Assembly: GCA_041479075.1 (NCBI GenBank)
Contig: JBGOXH010000001.1
Location: forward strand, 1 to 26,959
Length of the DNA stretch: 26,959 bases
Reading direction: 5' to 3'
Source: Bacteroidia bacterium
Lineage (GTDB): Bacteria > Bacteroidota > Bacteroidia > Bacteroidales > VadinHA17
Position numbers and translations under genes: made by a program. Below are positions 7,710-18,424 of this stretch, in pieces. The notes beneath the pieces are model-generated. The model made no database searches. It saw nothing but the letters and a program-made list of their open reading frames with translations, and was not told the DNA's origin. Every line of letters begins with the position of its first letter. Within the stretch, counting starts at the first letter, position 1.

Positions 7710-8726
7710 ATGGAAAAAATACGGGCGGCCATTACTGGCATTCATGCCTGGGTTCCTGAATACAGGCTTACAAACCAAGAACTTTCAAAGATGGTCGACA
7801 CATCCGACGAGTGGATTATGCAACGTGTCGGGATTAAGGAAAGACGCATTCTTAAAGGTGAAAATCAGGGAACCTCAGTACTTGGTGAGATGGCAGTTAA
7901 AGGATTGCTCGAAAAAACAAATACATCACCTGAAGAGATTGATCTGTTGATTTGCGCTACAATTACCCCAGATATGGCTTTCCCGGCGACTGCCAATATA
8001 ATTTCAGACAAAGTGGGAATAAAAAATGCCTTTAGTTTTGACATAGGAGCCGCCTGCTCGGGTTTTCTTTTTTCACTTCAAACAGGTGTTTCATATATTG
8101 AGACGGGCAAATATAAAAAAGTGATAGTTGTCGGTGCTGATAAAATGTCATCTATTGTTGATTATACGGACCGTACCACATGCCCTCTTTTTGGAGATGG
8201 AGCAGGTGCTGTTCTTCTCGAACCTACTACAGACGATGTTGGTATTATCGATCATATTTTTCATACGGATGGTTCCGGCGAGAAATTCCTTTACCTTAAA
8301 GCCGGAGGTTCAGCAAAACCGGCTTCATTTGAAACTATTGAAGCTAAAGAACATTTTATTTACCAGGAGGGACAAAGTGTTTTCAAATTTGCTGTGGTTA
8401 ATATGGCTGATGTAGCTGCAGAAATAATGGAAAAGAATAATCTGAAATCAGATGACATTGCATGGTTGGTACCGCATCAGGCTAACCTCAGGATTATTGA
8501 TGCAACCGGAAGAAGAATGGGACTTTCCCCTGAAAAAATAATGATCAATATACAAAATTACGGAAATACGACAGCTGCAACAATTCCTCTCTGCCTGTGG
8601 GAATATGAAAGCAGGCTGAAAAAAGGCGATAAAATAATTCTTGCAGCTTTCGGAGGCGGATTCACCTGGGGAGCGGTGTACCTGAAATGGGCTTATGACC
8701 CAAAAGAAGATTTTTCTTTACAATAG
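7710..8726 (+). CDS. fabH: 3-oxoacyl-ACP synthase III
   Basis: Catalytic triad AACSGF (Cys), VPHQAN (His), YGNTTAA (Asn); also DTSDEWI and FGGGFTWG. Confidence 0.96.
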   Translation: MEKIRAAITGIHAWVPEYRLTNQELSKMVDTSDEWIMQRVGIKERRILKGENQGTSVLGEMAVKGLLEKTNTSPEEIDLLICATITPDMAFPATANIISDKVGIKNAFSFDIGAACSGFLFSLQTGVSYIETGKYKKVIVVGADKMSSIVDYTDRTTCPLFGDGAGAVLLEPTTDDVGIIDHIFHTDGSGEKFLYLKAGGSAKPASFETIEAKEHFIYQEGQSVFKFAVVNMADVAAEIMEKNNLKSDDIAWLVPHQANLRIIDATGRRMGLSPEKIMINIQNYGNTTAATIPLCLWEYESRLKKGDKIILAAFGGGFTWGAVYLKWAYDPKEDFSLQ

Positions 8727-8730
8727 TTTA

Positions 8731-8754
8731 TATATTTGTGAGTTATTAAATTTG
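8731..8754 (+). promoter_or_regulatory. Two tandem -7 elements upstream of the bactofilin-atp operon
   Basis: Exact TAnnTTTG twice: TATATTTG 8731-8738 and TAAATTTG 8747-8754, in the 50-nt gap after fabH. Confidence 0.6.
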
Positions 8755-8776
8755 AATCTCTAAAATTTTAACCACT

Positions 8777-9175
8777 ATGGCAAAATATAATGAGACCGAA
8801 ACTCCGGCAATAAACCTTGTCAGCAACGGGACAGATATAACCGGAGATATAAAATCCAGCGGCGATATACGTATCGACGGTTCACTTGCCGGTAATCTTA
8901 ATACAAAAGGCAAAGTAGTGATTGGAACAACTGGAAAAATAAAAGGTGAAGTTGTTTGCAAAAACTCTGAAGTATCAGGTACTGTTGAAGGGAAAATCAT
9001 TGTAAATCAACTGCTGATTCTCAAAGCTTCTTCGAAAATATTTGGTGATATAGCTACAACTCGATTATCAATAGAACCCGGAGCAATCTTTTCGGGTAAT
9101 TGCAAAATGAGCGACAACAACAATGGAGAAGCAGGAGCCCCAAAAGGAAAAGAACCCGAAAGAAACAACAAATAA
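8777..9175 (+). CDS. Bactofilin (polymer-forming cytoskeletal protein, CcmA family)
   Basis: Beta-helix repeats GTDITGDIKSSGDIRIDGSLAGNL...VVIGTTGKIKGEV...VSGTVEGKI...IFGDI...LSIEPGAIFSGNCKM. Confidence 0.92.
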   Translation: MAKYNETETPAINLVSNGTDITGDIKSSGDIRIDGSLAGNLNTKGKVVIGTTGKIKGEVVCKNSEVSGTVEGKIIVNQLLILKASSKIFGDIATTRLSIEPGAIFSGNCKMSDNNNGEAGAPKGKEPERNNK

Positions 9176-9374
9176 AGGGATAAAGAATTTTGCCCGATAT
9201 TCAGGAATGGCCTTCCAGATGATCGGGATCATTCTTGTTACAACCTGGGGTGGCGTTAAACTTGATAAGCTGACAGGCTGGAAAACTCCTGTTTTTACAA
9301 TCGTACTTTCCCTCCTCGGTGTATTTGCAGCAATATACGTCTCTATAAAAGATTTTATAAAAAAAAGCCAATGA
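9123..9374 (+). CDS. AtpZ/AtpI-family (ATPase gene 1) membrane protein
   Basis: Two TM segments, GVKLDK...TPVFTIVLSLLGVFAAIY; upstream of atpB; overlaps the bactofilin 3' end by 53 nt. Confidence 0.8.
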   Translation: MEKQEPQKEKNPKETTNKGIKNFARYSGMAFQMIGIILVTTWGGVKLDKLTGWKTPVFTIVLSLLGVFAAIYVSIKDFIKKSQ

Positions 9375-9375
9375 T

Positions 9376-9762
9376 TTGAAATCATTTATTAAATATTTTC
9401 TATTGCTTTTCCTGCTCGAATTTATTGTGGTTATTGCAGGATTTTTTATAATCTCAAAACCTGATATCGGGCTTCATTTCAGCGAATTATTAATCCTGTC
9501 AGGAATCTTTACATTTCTTTCTGCGTTAATATTAATCATCTTTTTCAAAGGACAGGGAAAAGAACCGGCGAGTCAAACTTTGCACAGCCTGGTTTCAATT
9601 GTACTAAAATTTCTGGCTGAGCTTATTCTCGTGTTCATCTGGTTTTTTATTGCTAAAAAAAGAGGATTATCATCCGTTATATTATTTTTTGTCATATATT
9701 TAACATTCACTTTGTTTTCGGTATTGGTTATACGGAAAACATTGAAAAACAAATCTTTATAA
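9376..9762 (+). CDS. 4-TM AtpI-like ATP synthase accessory membrane protein
   Basis: 128 aa with four TM segments, in the position just before atpB; TTG start (no in-frame ATG after the upstream TAA at 9358). Confidence 0.6.
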   Translation: MKSFIKYFLLLFLLEFIVVIAGFFIISKPDIGLHFSELLILSGIFTFLSALILIIFFKGQGKEPASQTLHSLVSIVLKFLAELILVFIWFFIAKKRGLSSVILFFVIYLTFTLFSVLVIRKTLKNKSL

Positions 9763-9772
9763 CCACACAGAT

Positions 9773-10852
9773 TTGAAGACGAAAATTTTAACCGGAATAT
9801 TTTCTGTTTTTTTGCTGGCAGCTTTTGCTTTTCCGATATGTGCTCAGGAGAATCATGATTCCAAGGTAACCGGGGAGCAGAAGGAAACAAAGAAAAAATT
9901 TAATGCCAGTGCGTTTATCATGGAACATATAGCCGATTCCCATGAATGGCATATTCTGACGAAAAAAGATAGCAGCACAATTGCAATATATCTACCGGTA
10001 ATTCTTTTCAGCAAAGAAAAAGGTCTTGATATTTTTTCTTCAAAGAAACTTGCTCACGGGCAAATTTATAAAGGCTACAAACTTGAGGAAGAGGGAGAGC
10101 TGAAAGGGAAAATTTTCAATGTAAACGAGGAGGGCATTATCGATGAGAAAAACCGGCCGCTTGATTTCTCCATGACAAAAACAGTAATGGGAATGCTCTT
10201 CGCTGCACTTATCGGATTGTGGCTGTTTATTTCACTTTCACGCTCCTACAAGAAAACCGGTATAAGCTATCCAAAAGGCATTCAGGGTTTTCTTGAACCT
10301 GCAGTACTCTTTATTCGCGACGATATAGCAATACCAAATCTTGGTCATAAATATGAAAAATACATGCCTTATCTGTTGTCTGTCTTCTTTTTTATTTTAA
10401 TAAACAACCTGATGGGGCTTATACCTTTCCCGCCGCCTTTTGGAGCAAACGTCACTGGTAACATCGCTGTAACCGGTGTTCTGGCCGCTTGCACATTCCT
10501 GATTATACAGTTCAGCGGGAACAAAGCTTACTGGAGACATATTTTTGCTGCTCCTGGTGTCCCCCTGTGGCTTTTGCCGGTAATGATACCGGTTGAATTA
10601 ATTGGGATCATATCAAAACCGGGTGCCCTGATGATCCGACTTTTTGCGAATATTACAGCAGGTCATATTATAGTGCTAAGTCTCATCTGCCTTATTTTCA
10701 TATTTGATTCCCTGGCATTAGCTCCGGTCTCAATATTATTTGTCATTTTCATGGATTGCCTCGAACTTCTGGTGGCATTCCTTCAGGCATATATTTTTAC
10801 TCTGCTCTCTGCTCTTTTCATCAGCATGGCAGTAGCAGAGGAACATCATTAA
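9773..10852 (+). CDS. atpB: F1Fo ATP synthase subunit a
   Basis: ILINNLMGLIP, conserved Arg in IRLFANITAGH, ELLVAFLQAYIFTLLS; extended N-terminus; TTG start. Confidence 0.96.
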   Translation: MKTKILTGIFSVFLLAAFAFPICAQENHDSKVTGEQKETKKKFNASAFIMEHIADSHEWHILTKKDSSTIAIYLPVILFSKEKGLDIFSSKKLAHGQIYKGYKLEEEGELKGKIFNVNEEGIIDEKNRPLDFSMTKTVMGMLFAALIGLWLFISLSRSYKKTGISYPKGIQGFLEPAVLFIRDDIAIPNLGHKYEKYMPYLLSVFFFILINNLMGLIPFPPPFGANVTGNIAVTGVLAACTFLIIQFSGNKAYWRHIFAAPGVPLWLLPVMIPVELIGIISKPGALMIRLFANITAGHIIVLSLICLIFIFDSLALAPVSILFVIFMDCLELLVAFLQAYIFTLLSALFISMAVAEEHH

Positions 10853-10857
10853 TTTAA

Positions 10858-11085
<228 letters not shown>

Positions 11086-11099
11086 GGTAAGAGAAAACT

Positions 11100-11133
11100 A
11101 TGAAGCCTGCAACGGTTGGTTGCAGGTCTTCAT
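11100..11133 (+). promoter_or_regulatory. Stable stem-loop between atpE and atpF (mRNA stabiliser or leaky terminator)
   Basis: ATGAAG-CCTGCAAC / loop GGTTG / GTTGCAGG-T-CTTCAT gives a 14-bp stem with one bulge, followed by only a weak U tract (TTAAATTTT). Confidence 0.65.
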
Positions 11134-11163
11134 TTAAATTTTAATCGATTTAATAAAATAATT

Positions 11164-11679
11164 ATGATATTTCTAGCAAATAGTCTGGTTTCACCGGGAA
11201 TAGGATTGATCTTCTGGGCTATAGTGATTTTCGGTCTATTTTTTCTTTTATTAGCAAAATTTGCATGGAAGCCGATACTTGCCGCAGTAAAAGCAAGAGA
11301 AGAAATGATCAAAGGGTCTCTGGCTTCTGCTGAAAAAGCGCGCGAAGAGATGCTCAAACTGCAAAGCGATAATGAAGCAATTCTGAAAAAGGCCAGGGAG
11401 GAAAGAGAAGTTATCCTCAAGGAAGCACGAGATGTACGCGATAGACTTATCGCAGAAGCAAAGGGAAAGGCAACTGAAGAAGCGGAAAAAATCGCTGAAA
11501 AGGCCAGGACCGGAATTGAAAGAGAAAAAAACAAAGCTCTGTCGGAAATTCACGAACAGGTTGCTACTCTTTCAATAGAAATAGCTTCAAAGATTCTGAA
11601 CGAAAAGCTCAGCAAAACAGAAGAGCAGGATAAGCTTATTAATAAATATCTTAAGGATATTAATCTGAATAAAAACTAG
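11164..11679 (+). CDS. atpF: F1Fo ATP synthase subunit b
   Basis: PGIGLIFW TM anchor, KFAWKPILAAVKAREE, long coiled coil. ATG 11164 is preferred because the ORF-track start at 11116 lies inside the hairpin. Confidence 0.93.
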   Translation: MIFLANSLVSPGIGLIFWAIVIFGLFFLLLAKFAWKPILAAVKAREEMIKGSLASAEKAREEMLKLQSDNEAILKKAREEREVILKEARDVRDRLIAEAKGKATEEAEKIAEKARTGIEREKNKALSEIHEQVATLSIEIASKILNEKLSKTEEQDKLINKYLKDINLNKN

Positions 11680-11694
11680 AAAGTTGTTTAACTG

Positions 11695-12249
11695 ATGAAC
11701 AACGGTAAAATATCGGTTCGCTATTCAAAGGCTCTTTTCGAATCAGCTCTTGAAAAAAAACTACTCGATAAGGTGTATCAGGACATGATTTTCATTTCAG
11801 ATATATGTAAAGTTCCTGAAATGAAAGAATTTCTTGAAAGCCCGATAATCACGCCGACGAAGAAAATTGATGTCCTTCAGAAAATTCTGGCAAAAAACAT
11901 TGAAAAAATCACTTTTTCTCTTATTGAAATAGTTGTGAAAAACGGCCGTGAGAATTTTCTTCCGGCAATTGCCCGGGTTTTTATCCACGAGACGAAGGAA
12001 TATAAGGGGATTACGGAATCAGTCCTTACAACTTCAATTAAAGTTGATCCGAAAATCAGACAGCAGATAGTTGATTTTATATCAGGAATTTTTAAAACCA
12101 AAGTGGAACTTGATGAAGTAGTTGATAAAGATATTGTCGGAGGTTTTATACTAAGAATTGAGGATCATTATATTGATGCAAGTGTAAGAAACAAGCTCCG
12201 GAAAATTGAAAAAGAGCTTAAAGGCAATGTTCTGAAAGTCGGATATTAA
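11695..12249 (+). CDS. atpH: F1Fo ATP synthase subunit delta
   Basis: RYSKALF N-terminus; IVGGFILRIEDHYIDASVRNKL C-terminus; position between atpF and atpA. Confidence 0.94.
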   Translation: MNNGKISVRYSKALFESALEKKLLDKVYQDMIFISDICKVPEMKEFLESPIITPTKKIDVLQKILAKNIEKITFSLIEIVVKNGRENFLPAIARVFIHETKEYKGITESVLTTSIKVDPKIRQQIVDFISGIFKTKVELDEVVDKDIVGGFILRIEDHYIDASVRNKLRKIEKELKGNVLKVGY

Positions 12250-12284
12250 CTGAATAGAAATAAGAAAATTTTAAGAACAACAAT

Positions 12285-13868
12285 ATGACAAATATTAAAC
12301 CAGCGGAAGTTTCCAATATTCTCCGCCAGCAGCTTGAGGGTATCCAGACAGGCATCGAACTGGAAGAAGTCGGTACTGTACTTCAGGTTGGCGATGGGAT
12401 TGCCCGTATTTACGGACTCTCTAACGCAGAGTCGAATGAACTGATTGAATTTGAGAACGGGATGGAAGCAATCGTCCTTAACCTTGAGGAAGATAGTATC
12501 GGCGCCGTGCTGCTTGGCCCGACTGAGGAGATCAACGAGGGAGACATTGTAAAGCGTACTGGACGTATAGCCTCAATCAATGTCGGAACTGGATTGCTTG
12601 GACGGGTAGTCTCTCCTACCGGGCAACCACTTGATGGCAAAGGACCAATAGGAGGTGAATTGTTTACTATGCCATTTGAAAGAAAAGCTCCCGGAGTTAT
12701 TTTCCGTCAACCGGTAAAACAGCCGCTTCAGACTGGTCTGAAAGCTATCGACGCAATGATACCTATTGGCCGGGGACAGAGGGAACTTATAATTGGTGAC
12801 AGGCAGACCGGGAAAACAGCAATAGCAATTGATACAATTATTAATCAGCGCCCTAATTTTGAAAAAGGTAAACCGGTCTATTGCATCTATGTGGCTGTAG
12901 GACAGAAAGGATCGACCGTAGCAAATATAGCCAGGACACTTGAAGAACATGGTGCACTTGATTACACTGTTATAGTTCTGGCAACAGCTTCAGACCCTGC
13001 TGCATCTCAGTTCTACGCTCCGTTTGCAGGAGCTGCAATTGGCGAGTTCTTCAGGGATACGGGACGTGATGCTCTTATTATTTATGACGACCTTTCAAAA
13101 CAGGCAGTCTCATACAGGGAGGTTTCACTTCTTCTCCGCAGGCCGCCAGGACGCGAGGCTTATCCCGGAGATGTTTTCTACCTGCATTCCCGGCTTCTTG
13201 AAAGAGCAGCAAAAATCATTGAATCTGATGAGGTTGCAAAACAGATGAATGACCTGCCTGAATCAATCAGGCACATGGTTAAAGGAGGTGGATCTCTGAC
13301 TGCATTGCCGATTATTGAAACCCAGGCCGGTGATGTCTCGGCATATATCCCGACAAACGTTATTTCTATTACCGACGGACAGATATTCCTTGAAACAACA
13401 CTCTTTAACTCCGGTGTTCGTCCTGCTATAAATGTGGGAATTTCAGTATCGAGGGTCGGCGGAAATGCCCAGATCAAATCAATGAAAAAGATTGCCGGAA
13501 CCCTTAAGGTAGACCAGGCACAGTACCGTGAGCTCGAAGCATTTTCAAAATTTGGTTCTGACCTTGATGCTACAACTCTTGCAACCCTTAACAAGGGAGC
13601 AAGAAACGTTGAAATTCTTAAACAGCAACAGTATTCACCAATTGCAGTCGAAAATCAAATTGCAATAATCTACTGCGGAACAATGGGACTGTTAAAAGAT
13701 GTTCCGCTTCCCAAAGTGAAGGAATTCGAAAAAGATTATATTGAATTTCTTAATCTTAAATACAGAGATGTGCTCGACAAACTTCGTGACGGCATTCTGA
13801 ACAATGACATTACCGGAGTACTTGATAAAGTTGCGGTAGAGCTGACAGCAAAATACAGAACACATTGA
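12285..13868 (+). CDS. atpA: F1Fo ATP synthase subunit alpha
   Basis: Walker [49 protein letters not shown]. Confidence 0.99.
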   Translation: MTNIKPAEVSNILRQQLEGIQTGIELEEVGTVLQVGDGIARIYGLSNAESNELIEFENGMEAIVLNLEEDSIGAVLLGPTEEINEGDIVKRTGRIASINVGTGLLGRVVSPTGQPLDGKGPIGGELFTMPFERKAPGVIFRQPVKQPLQTGLKAIDAMIPIGRGQRELIIGDRQTGKTAIAIDTIINQRPNFEKGKPVYCIYVAVGQKGSTVANIARTLEEHGALDYTVIVLATASDPAASQFYAPFAGAAIGEFFRDTGRDALIIYDDLSKQAVSYREVSLLLRRPPGREAYPGDVFYLHSRLLERAAKIIESDEVAKQMNDLPESIRHMVKGGGSLTALPIIETQAGDVSAYIPTNVISITDGQIFLETTLFNSGVRPAINVGISVSRVGGNAQIKSMKKIAGTLKVDQAQYRELEAFSKFGSDLDATTLATLNKGARNVEILKQQQYSPIAVENQIAIIYCGTMGLLKDVPLPKVKEFEKDYIEFLNLKYRDVLDKLRDGILNNDITGVLDKVAVELTAKYRTH

Positions 13869-13900
13869 CAGCCGGAACAAAGATGAAAATTTGATTTGAA

Positions 13901-14785
13901 ATGGCGAATTTAAAGGCAATAAGGATCCGGATAGCCTCTGTTAAATCGACAAAGCAGATAACCTCAGCAATGAAAATGGTTTCTGCCGCCAAGCTCAGAA
14001 GGGCTCAGGATAAAATCGTAAGGCTGAGGCCTTATGCAACCAAGCTGCATGAAATACTTGTCGGATTGTCCCAGAGCCTTGCTGATTCGGAAATTGAAAA
14101 TGTTTATGGCCGGATCTCGCCACCTGAAAAGATACTGATAGTTGTAATTACTTCAAACAGAGGCCTTTGCGGAGCCTTTAATGCAAATGTGATAAAAGAA
14201 GCACGTAAATTAGTCTCTGAAAAATATTTTGAACAGTTCAATAAAGGAAATCTGACATTCCTGACGATCGGGAAAAAAGGGTATGATTATTTAAAGAAGC
14301 AAATGCTGAAAATGCTGCCGGAACAGAACAAACTTTTAAATAATCTTACTTTTGATAATGTTGCGGTTGTTGCCGAAGCTGTAATGGGAGAATTTGTAGC
14401 AGGCGAGTACGACAGGGTTGAGCTGATATATAACCAGTTTAAAAATGCTGCTGTACAAAACCTTACCTGTGAATCTTTCCTTCCTGTTGAAACCGTAACG
14501 GAAGGAACTAAAAACACAGCCCCGACAGATTATATTTACGAACCTACAAAAGAGGATATAATTAAGGAACTTATTCCAAAGTCTCTTAAGATACAGTTCT
14601 ACAAAGCGGTGCTTGATTCATTTGTCGCTGAACATGGTGCGAGAATGACAGCAATGCATAAGGCAACTGACAATGCAACAAGCATGATCCGTAATCTGAC
14701 ACTTCTTTATAATAAAGCACGCCAGGCTGCAATCACGAACCAGATTCTTGAAGTCGTCAGTGGCTCTGAGGCTCAAAATGGTTAG
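13901..14785 (+). CDS. atpG: F1Fo ATP synthase subunit gamma
   Basis: KQITSAMKMVSAAKL, TSNRGLCGAFN, EHGARMTAMHKATDNA, ARQAAITNQILEVVSG. Confidence 0.98.
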   Translation: MANLKAIRIRIASVKSTKQITSAMKMVSAAKLRRAQDKIVRLRPYATKLHEILVGLSQSLADSEIENVYGRISPPEKILIVVITSNRGLCGAFNANVIKEARKLVSEKYFEQFNKGNLTFLTIGKKGYDYLKKQMLKMLPEQNKLLNNLTFDNVAVVAEAVMGEFVAGEYDRVELIYNQFKNAAVQNLTCESFLPVETVTEGTKNTAPTDYIYEPTKEDIIKELIPKSLKIQFYKAVLDSFVAEHGARMTAMHKATDNATSMIRNLTLLYNKARQAAITNQILEVVSGSEAQNG

Positions 14786-14818
14786 ACATATTCGCATTTA
14801 TAACATCACAATTAAAGC

Positions 14819-15793
14819 ATGTATACTTATTCCGAACTAAAAGAGGTCGTCAACAGAGCTTTGGTAAACCTGTCATATAACACTGAAGCGGTAAGATTAA
14901 TAGATCCTGTTAAATATATTCTTTCAGTCGGAGGTAAAAGACTTCGTCCGGTTATGACCCTTATAGCCTGCAATCTGTTCAGCGACAAAATTGATGATGC
15001 AATATTACCCGCAGCCGGACTTGAGGTTTTTCATAATTTCTCGCTTGTACATGATGATATTATGGATCAGGCTCCGGTAAGAAGAGGATTACAGACTGTT
15101 CATCAGAAATGGAATACAAATCAGGCAATCCTTTCAGGCGATGTTATGACATTTATTTCCAATGAATGTTTTTTACAAACACCTGCAAATCATTTGCTTA
15201 AGGTTTTTAAAGTATTCAATAAGACTGCTATCGAAGTTTGTGTGGGACAACAGCTTGATATGGACTATGAAAAGGATGTTGTGGTGCGACAGGATGAATA
15301 TCTGAGAATGATAGAATTAAAAACAGCTGTACTTCTGGCTGCTTCATTAAAAATTGGAGCTATAATTGGAGGAGGAGAAGATAAAGATGCTGATCTTCTT
15401 TATGAGGCCGGGAGAAACCTCGGGCTCGCTTTTCAGATCCAGGATGACCTGCTCGATGTATGGGGTGACATAAAATCCTTTGGCAAAACATTAGGCGGAG
15501 ATATTGTTGCAAACAAAAAAACTTTTCCGCTGGTAAAAGCAATGGAAATAGCTTCAGCAGAGCAGTTTAAGCAGTTCCAGGAACAGTTTTCAATGAAAGA
15601 TTCTGACGCGGAAGCCAAGATCAGCAAAGTGATCAGTTTATATGAACAGCTTAATATAAAAGAGATTACTGAAACCCTGGCAAATGAATATATCAGCAAA
15701 GCATTAGTGCTTATCCAAAAGGTTAATGTTGATGAAAAGAGAAAGAATGAACTGATAAATCTTGCCAGCTCTCTGATCGGAAGAAATCATTAA
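14819..15793 (+). CDS. ispA: Short-chain polyprenyl diphosphate synthase (FPP/GGPP synthase, IspA-like)
   Basis: GGKRLRP, FARM HNFSLVHDDIMD..VRRG with Phe five residues before the first Asp (short-chain determinant), GQQLD, LKTA, SARM FQIQDDLLD. Confidence 0.85.
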   Translation: MYTYSELKEVVNRALVNLSYNTEAVRLIDPVKYILSVGGKRLRPVMTLIACNLFSDKIDDAILPAAGLEVFHNFSLVHDDIMDQAPVRRGLQTVHQKWNTNQAILSGDVMTFISNECFLQTPANHLLKVFKVFNKTAIEVCVGQQLDMDYEKDVVVRQDEYLRMIELKTAVLLAASLKIGAIIGGGEDKDADLLYEAGRNLGLAFQIQDDLLDVWGDIKSFGKTLGGDIVANKKTFPLVKAMEIASAEQFKQFQEQFSMKDSDAEAKISKVISLYEQLNIKEITETLANEYISKALVLIQKVNVDEKRKNELINLASSLIGRNH

Positions 15794-15794
15794 A

Positions 15795-16397
15795 TCAAAT
15801 TTCTTTATTTTCCTGCTTTTTTGACCAGCTGAAATTCACAAGAAGTCCTGCGTTAAAAATTAACTGGCTATATTTACTGAATAGAGTATATTTTGCTTCA
15901 GTGTAAACACTGATTTTTTCTGAAAGCTTCAAATCAGAACCACACCCGATATTTAATCCAAAAGCATTATCATGCTCTTTATAATCATAACCAGTGCTAA
16001 GCCATTTTATTTTTGTAAAATGTATATTAAATCCCGCAAGACCATAAAATTCAAACCGGTCAAGGTGATAGATAACATAATGACCATCAATATTAAACAT
16101 CGTTGAAGAAACCCTGGTTTTTGATGTAATACCGAGGGTATCCGTACAAGTATTTGTACGCGGTATAAAATATGTAAATGTGAGAGAAACACTGAACGGG
16201 CGATCAGTTTTGTTAATGCAGGCAAAAGAAATTCCTGCTAAAGGACTTCGATTTATAACCGATGAAATTCCGGCAGTTTCATTATTGTAATGATAACCTG
16301 TTTCCATAGCTAAACCACCGCCAATTTTTACAGATTGCGACCTGGCAGAGAAGATTATCAAAAACATTAAAAAACCAGTGACAAATAACTTTTTCAT
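15795..16397 (-). CDS. Small (8-stranded OmpA/OmpW-like) outer-membrane beta-barrel protein
   Basis: Signal peptide ending SARS followed by Q; alternating strands FNIDGHY, FYGLAGFN, FGLNIGCG, VYTEAKY, LIFNAGLLVNF. Confidence 0.75.
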   Translation of the reverse strand: MKKLFVTGFLMFLIIFSARSQSVKIGGGLAMETGYHYNNETAGISSVINRSPLAGISFACINKTDRPFSVSLTFTYFIPRTNTCTDTLGITSKTRVSSTMFNIDGHYVIYHLDRFEFYGLAGFNIHFTKIKWLSTGYDYKEHDNAFGLNIGCGSDLKLSEKISVYTEAKYTLFSKYSQLIFNAGLLVNFSWSKKQENKEI

Positions 16398-16608
16398 CAG
16401 GGCGTCAGTTAAAAATTACAATTCCCTCAGAGACTGTAAAGGTAATTAACATGAATTATACAACAACCTGAATTTTGGTAAAATTCAAAAATGCACAGTT
16501 TCGAACGGGTTAAATAGTTAATATTCACAAAGAATGAAAATATATTTAACCGGAATTAATAATTGTTTAAATTTATGCTCACGAAAGAAAATCGTCTCCG
16601 AAATTTGT

Positions 16609-16616
16609 TAAATTTG
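16609..16616 (+). promoter_or_regulatory. -7 promoter element for atpD-atpC-decarboxylase
   Basis: Exact TAAATTTG, 32 nt upstream of the atpD ATG. Confidence 0.6.
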
Positions 16617-16627
16617 TATCTACTTGA

Positions 16628-18157
<1,530 letters not shown>

Positions 18158-18168
18158 TTCGTACAGGG

Positions 18169-18414
18169 ATGAAAATAGAGATCATCACTCCTGACAAAAA
18201 GATATTTGAAGGGGATATCAAATCAATAAGGGTTCCTGGAAAAAAAGGATCTTTCCAGGTTCTTAAAGACCATGCCCCTATTATTTCGACTCTCGAAAAC
18301 GGACCTGTGATTATAGTTGATCAGGACAATAAAGAGACGAGATACGAAATCAACGGCGGAGTGATTGAAGTCAAGATGAATAAGATCATTCTTCTGGCTG
18401 AATCGGTACGATAA
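18169..18414 (+). CDS. atpC: F1Fo ATP synthase subunit epsilon (N-terminal beta-sandwich only)
   Basis: IITPDKKIF, VPGKKGSFQVLKDHAPIISTL, GGVIEV; ends at 81 aa without the C-terminal helical hairpin. Confidence 0.93.
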   Translation: MKIEIITPDKKIFEGDIKSIRVPGKKGSFQVLKDHAPIISTLENGPVIIVDQDNKETRYEINGGVIEVKMNKIILLAESVR

Positions 18415-18424
18415 GTCATTTATC

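Noticed and set aside
13200-13290. Insert in AtpA (and the similar insert in AtpD near 17260-17340) as an intein or novel domain
   Set aside because: The inserts are short, lack intein Cys/Ser...His-Asn motifs, and match known Bacteroidota-type indels.
16469-16487. AT-rich inverted repeat TGAATTTT-GGT-AAAATTCA in the OMP/atpD divergent region as an operator or terminator
   Set aside because: An 8-bp AT-only stem is expected by chance in such AT-rich DNA; there is no U tract or second copy.
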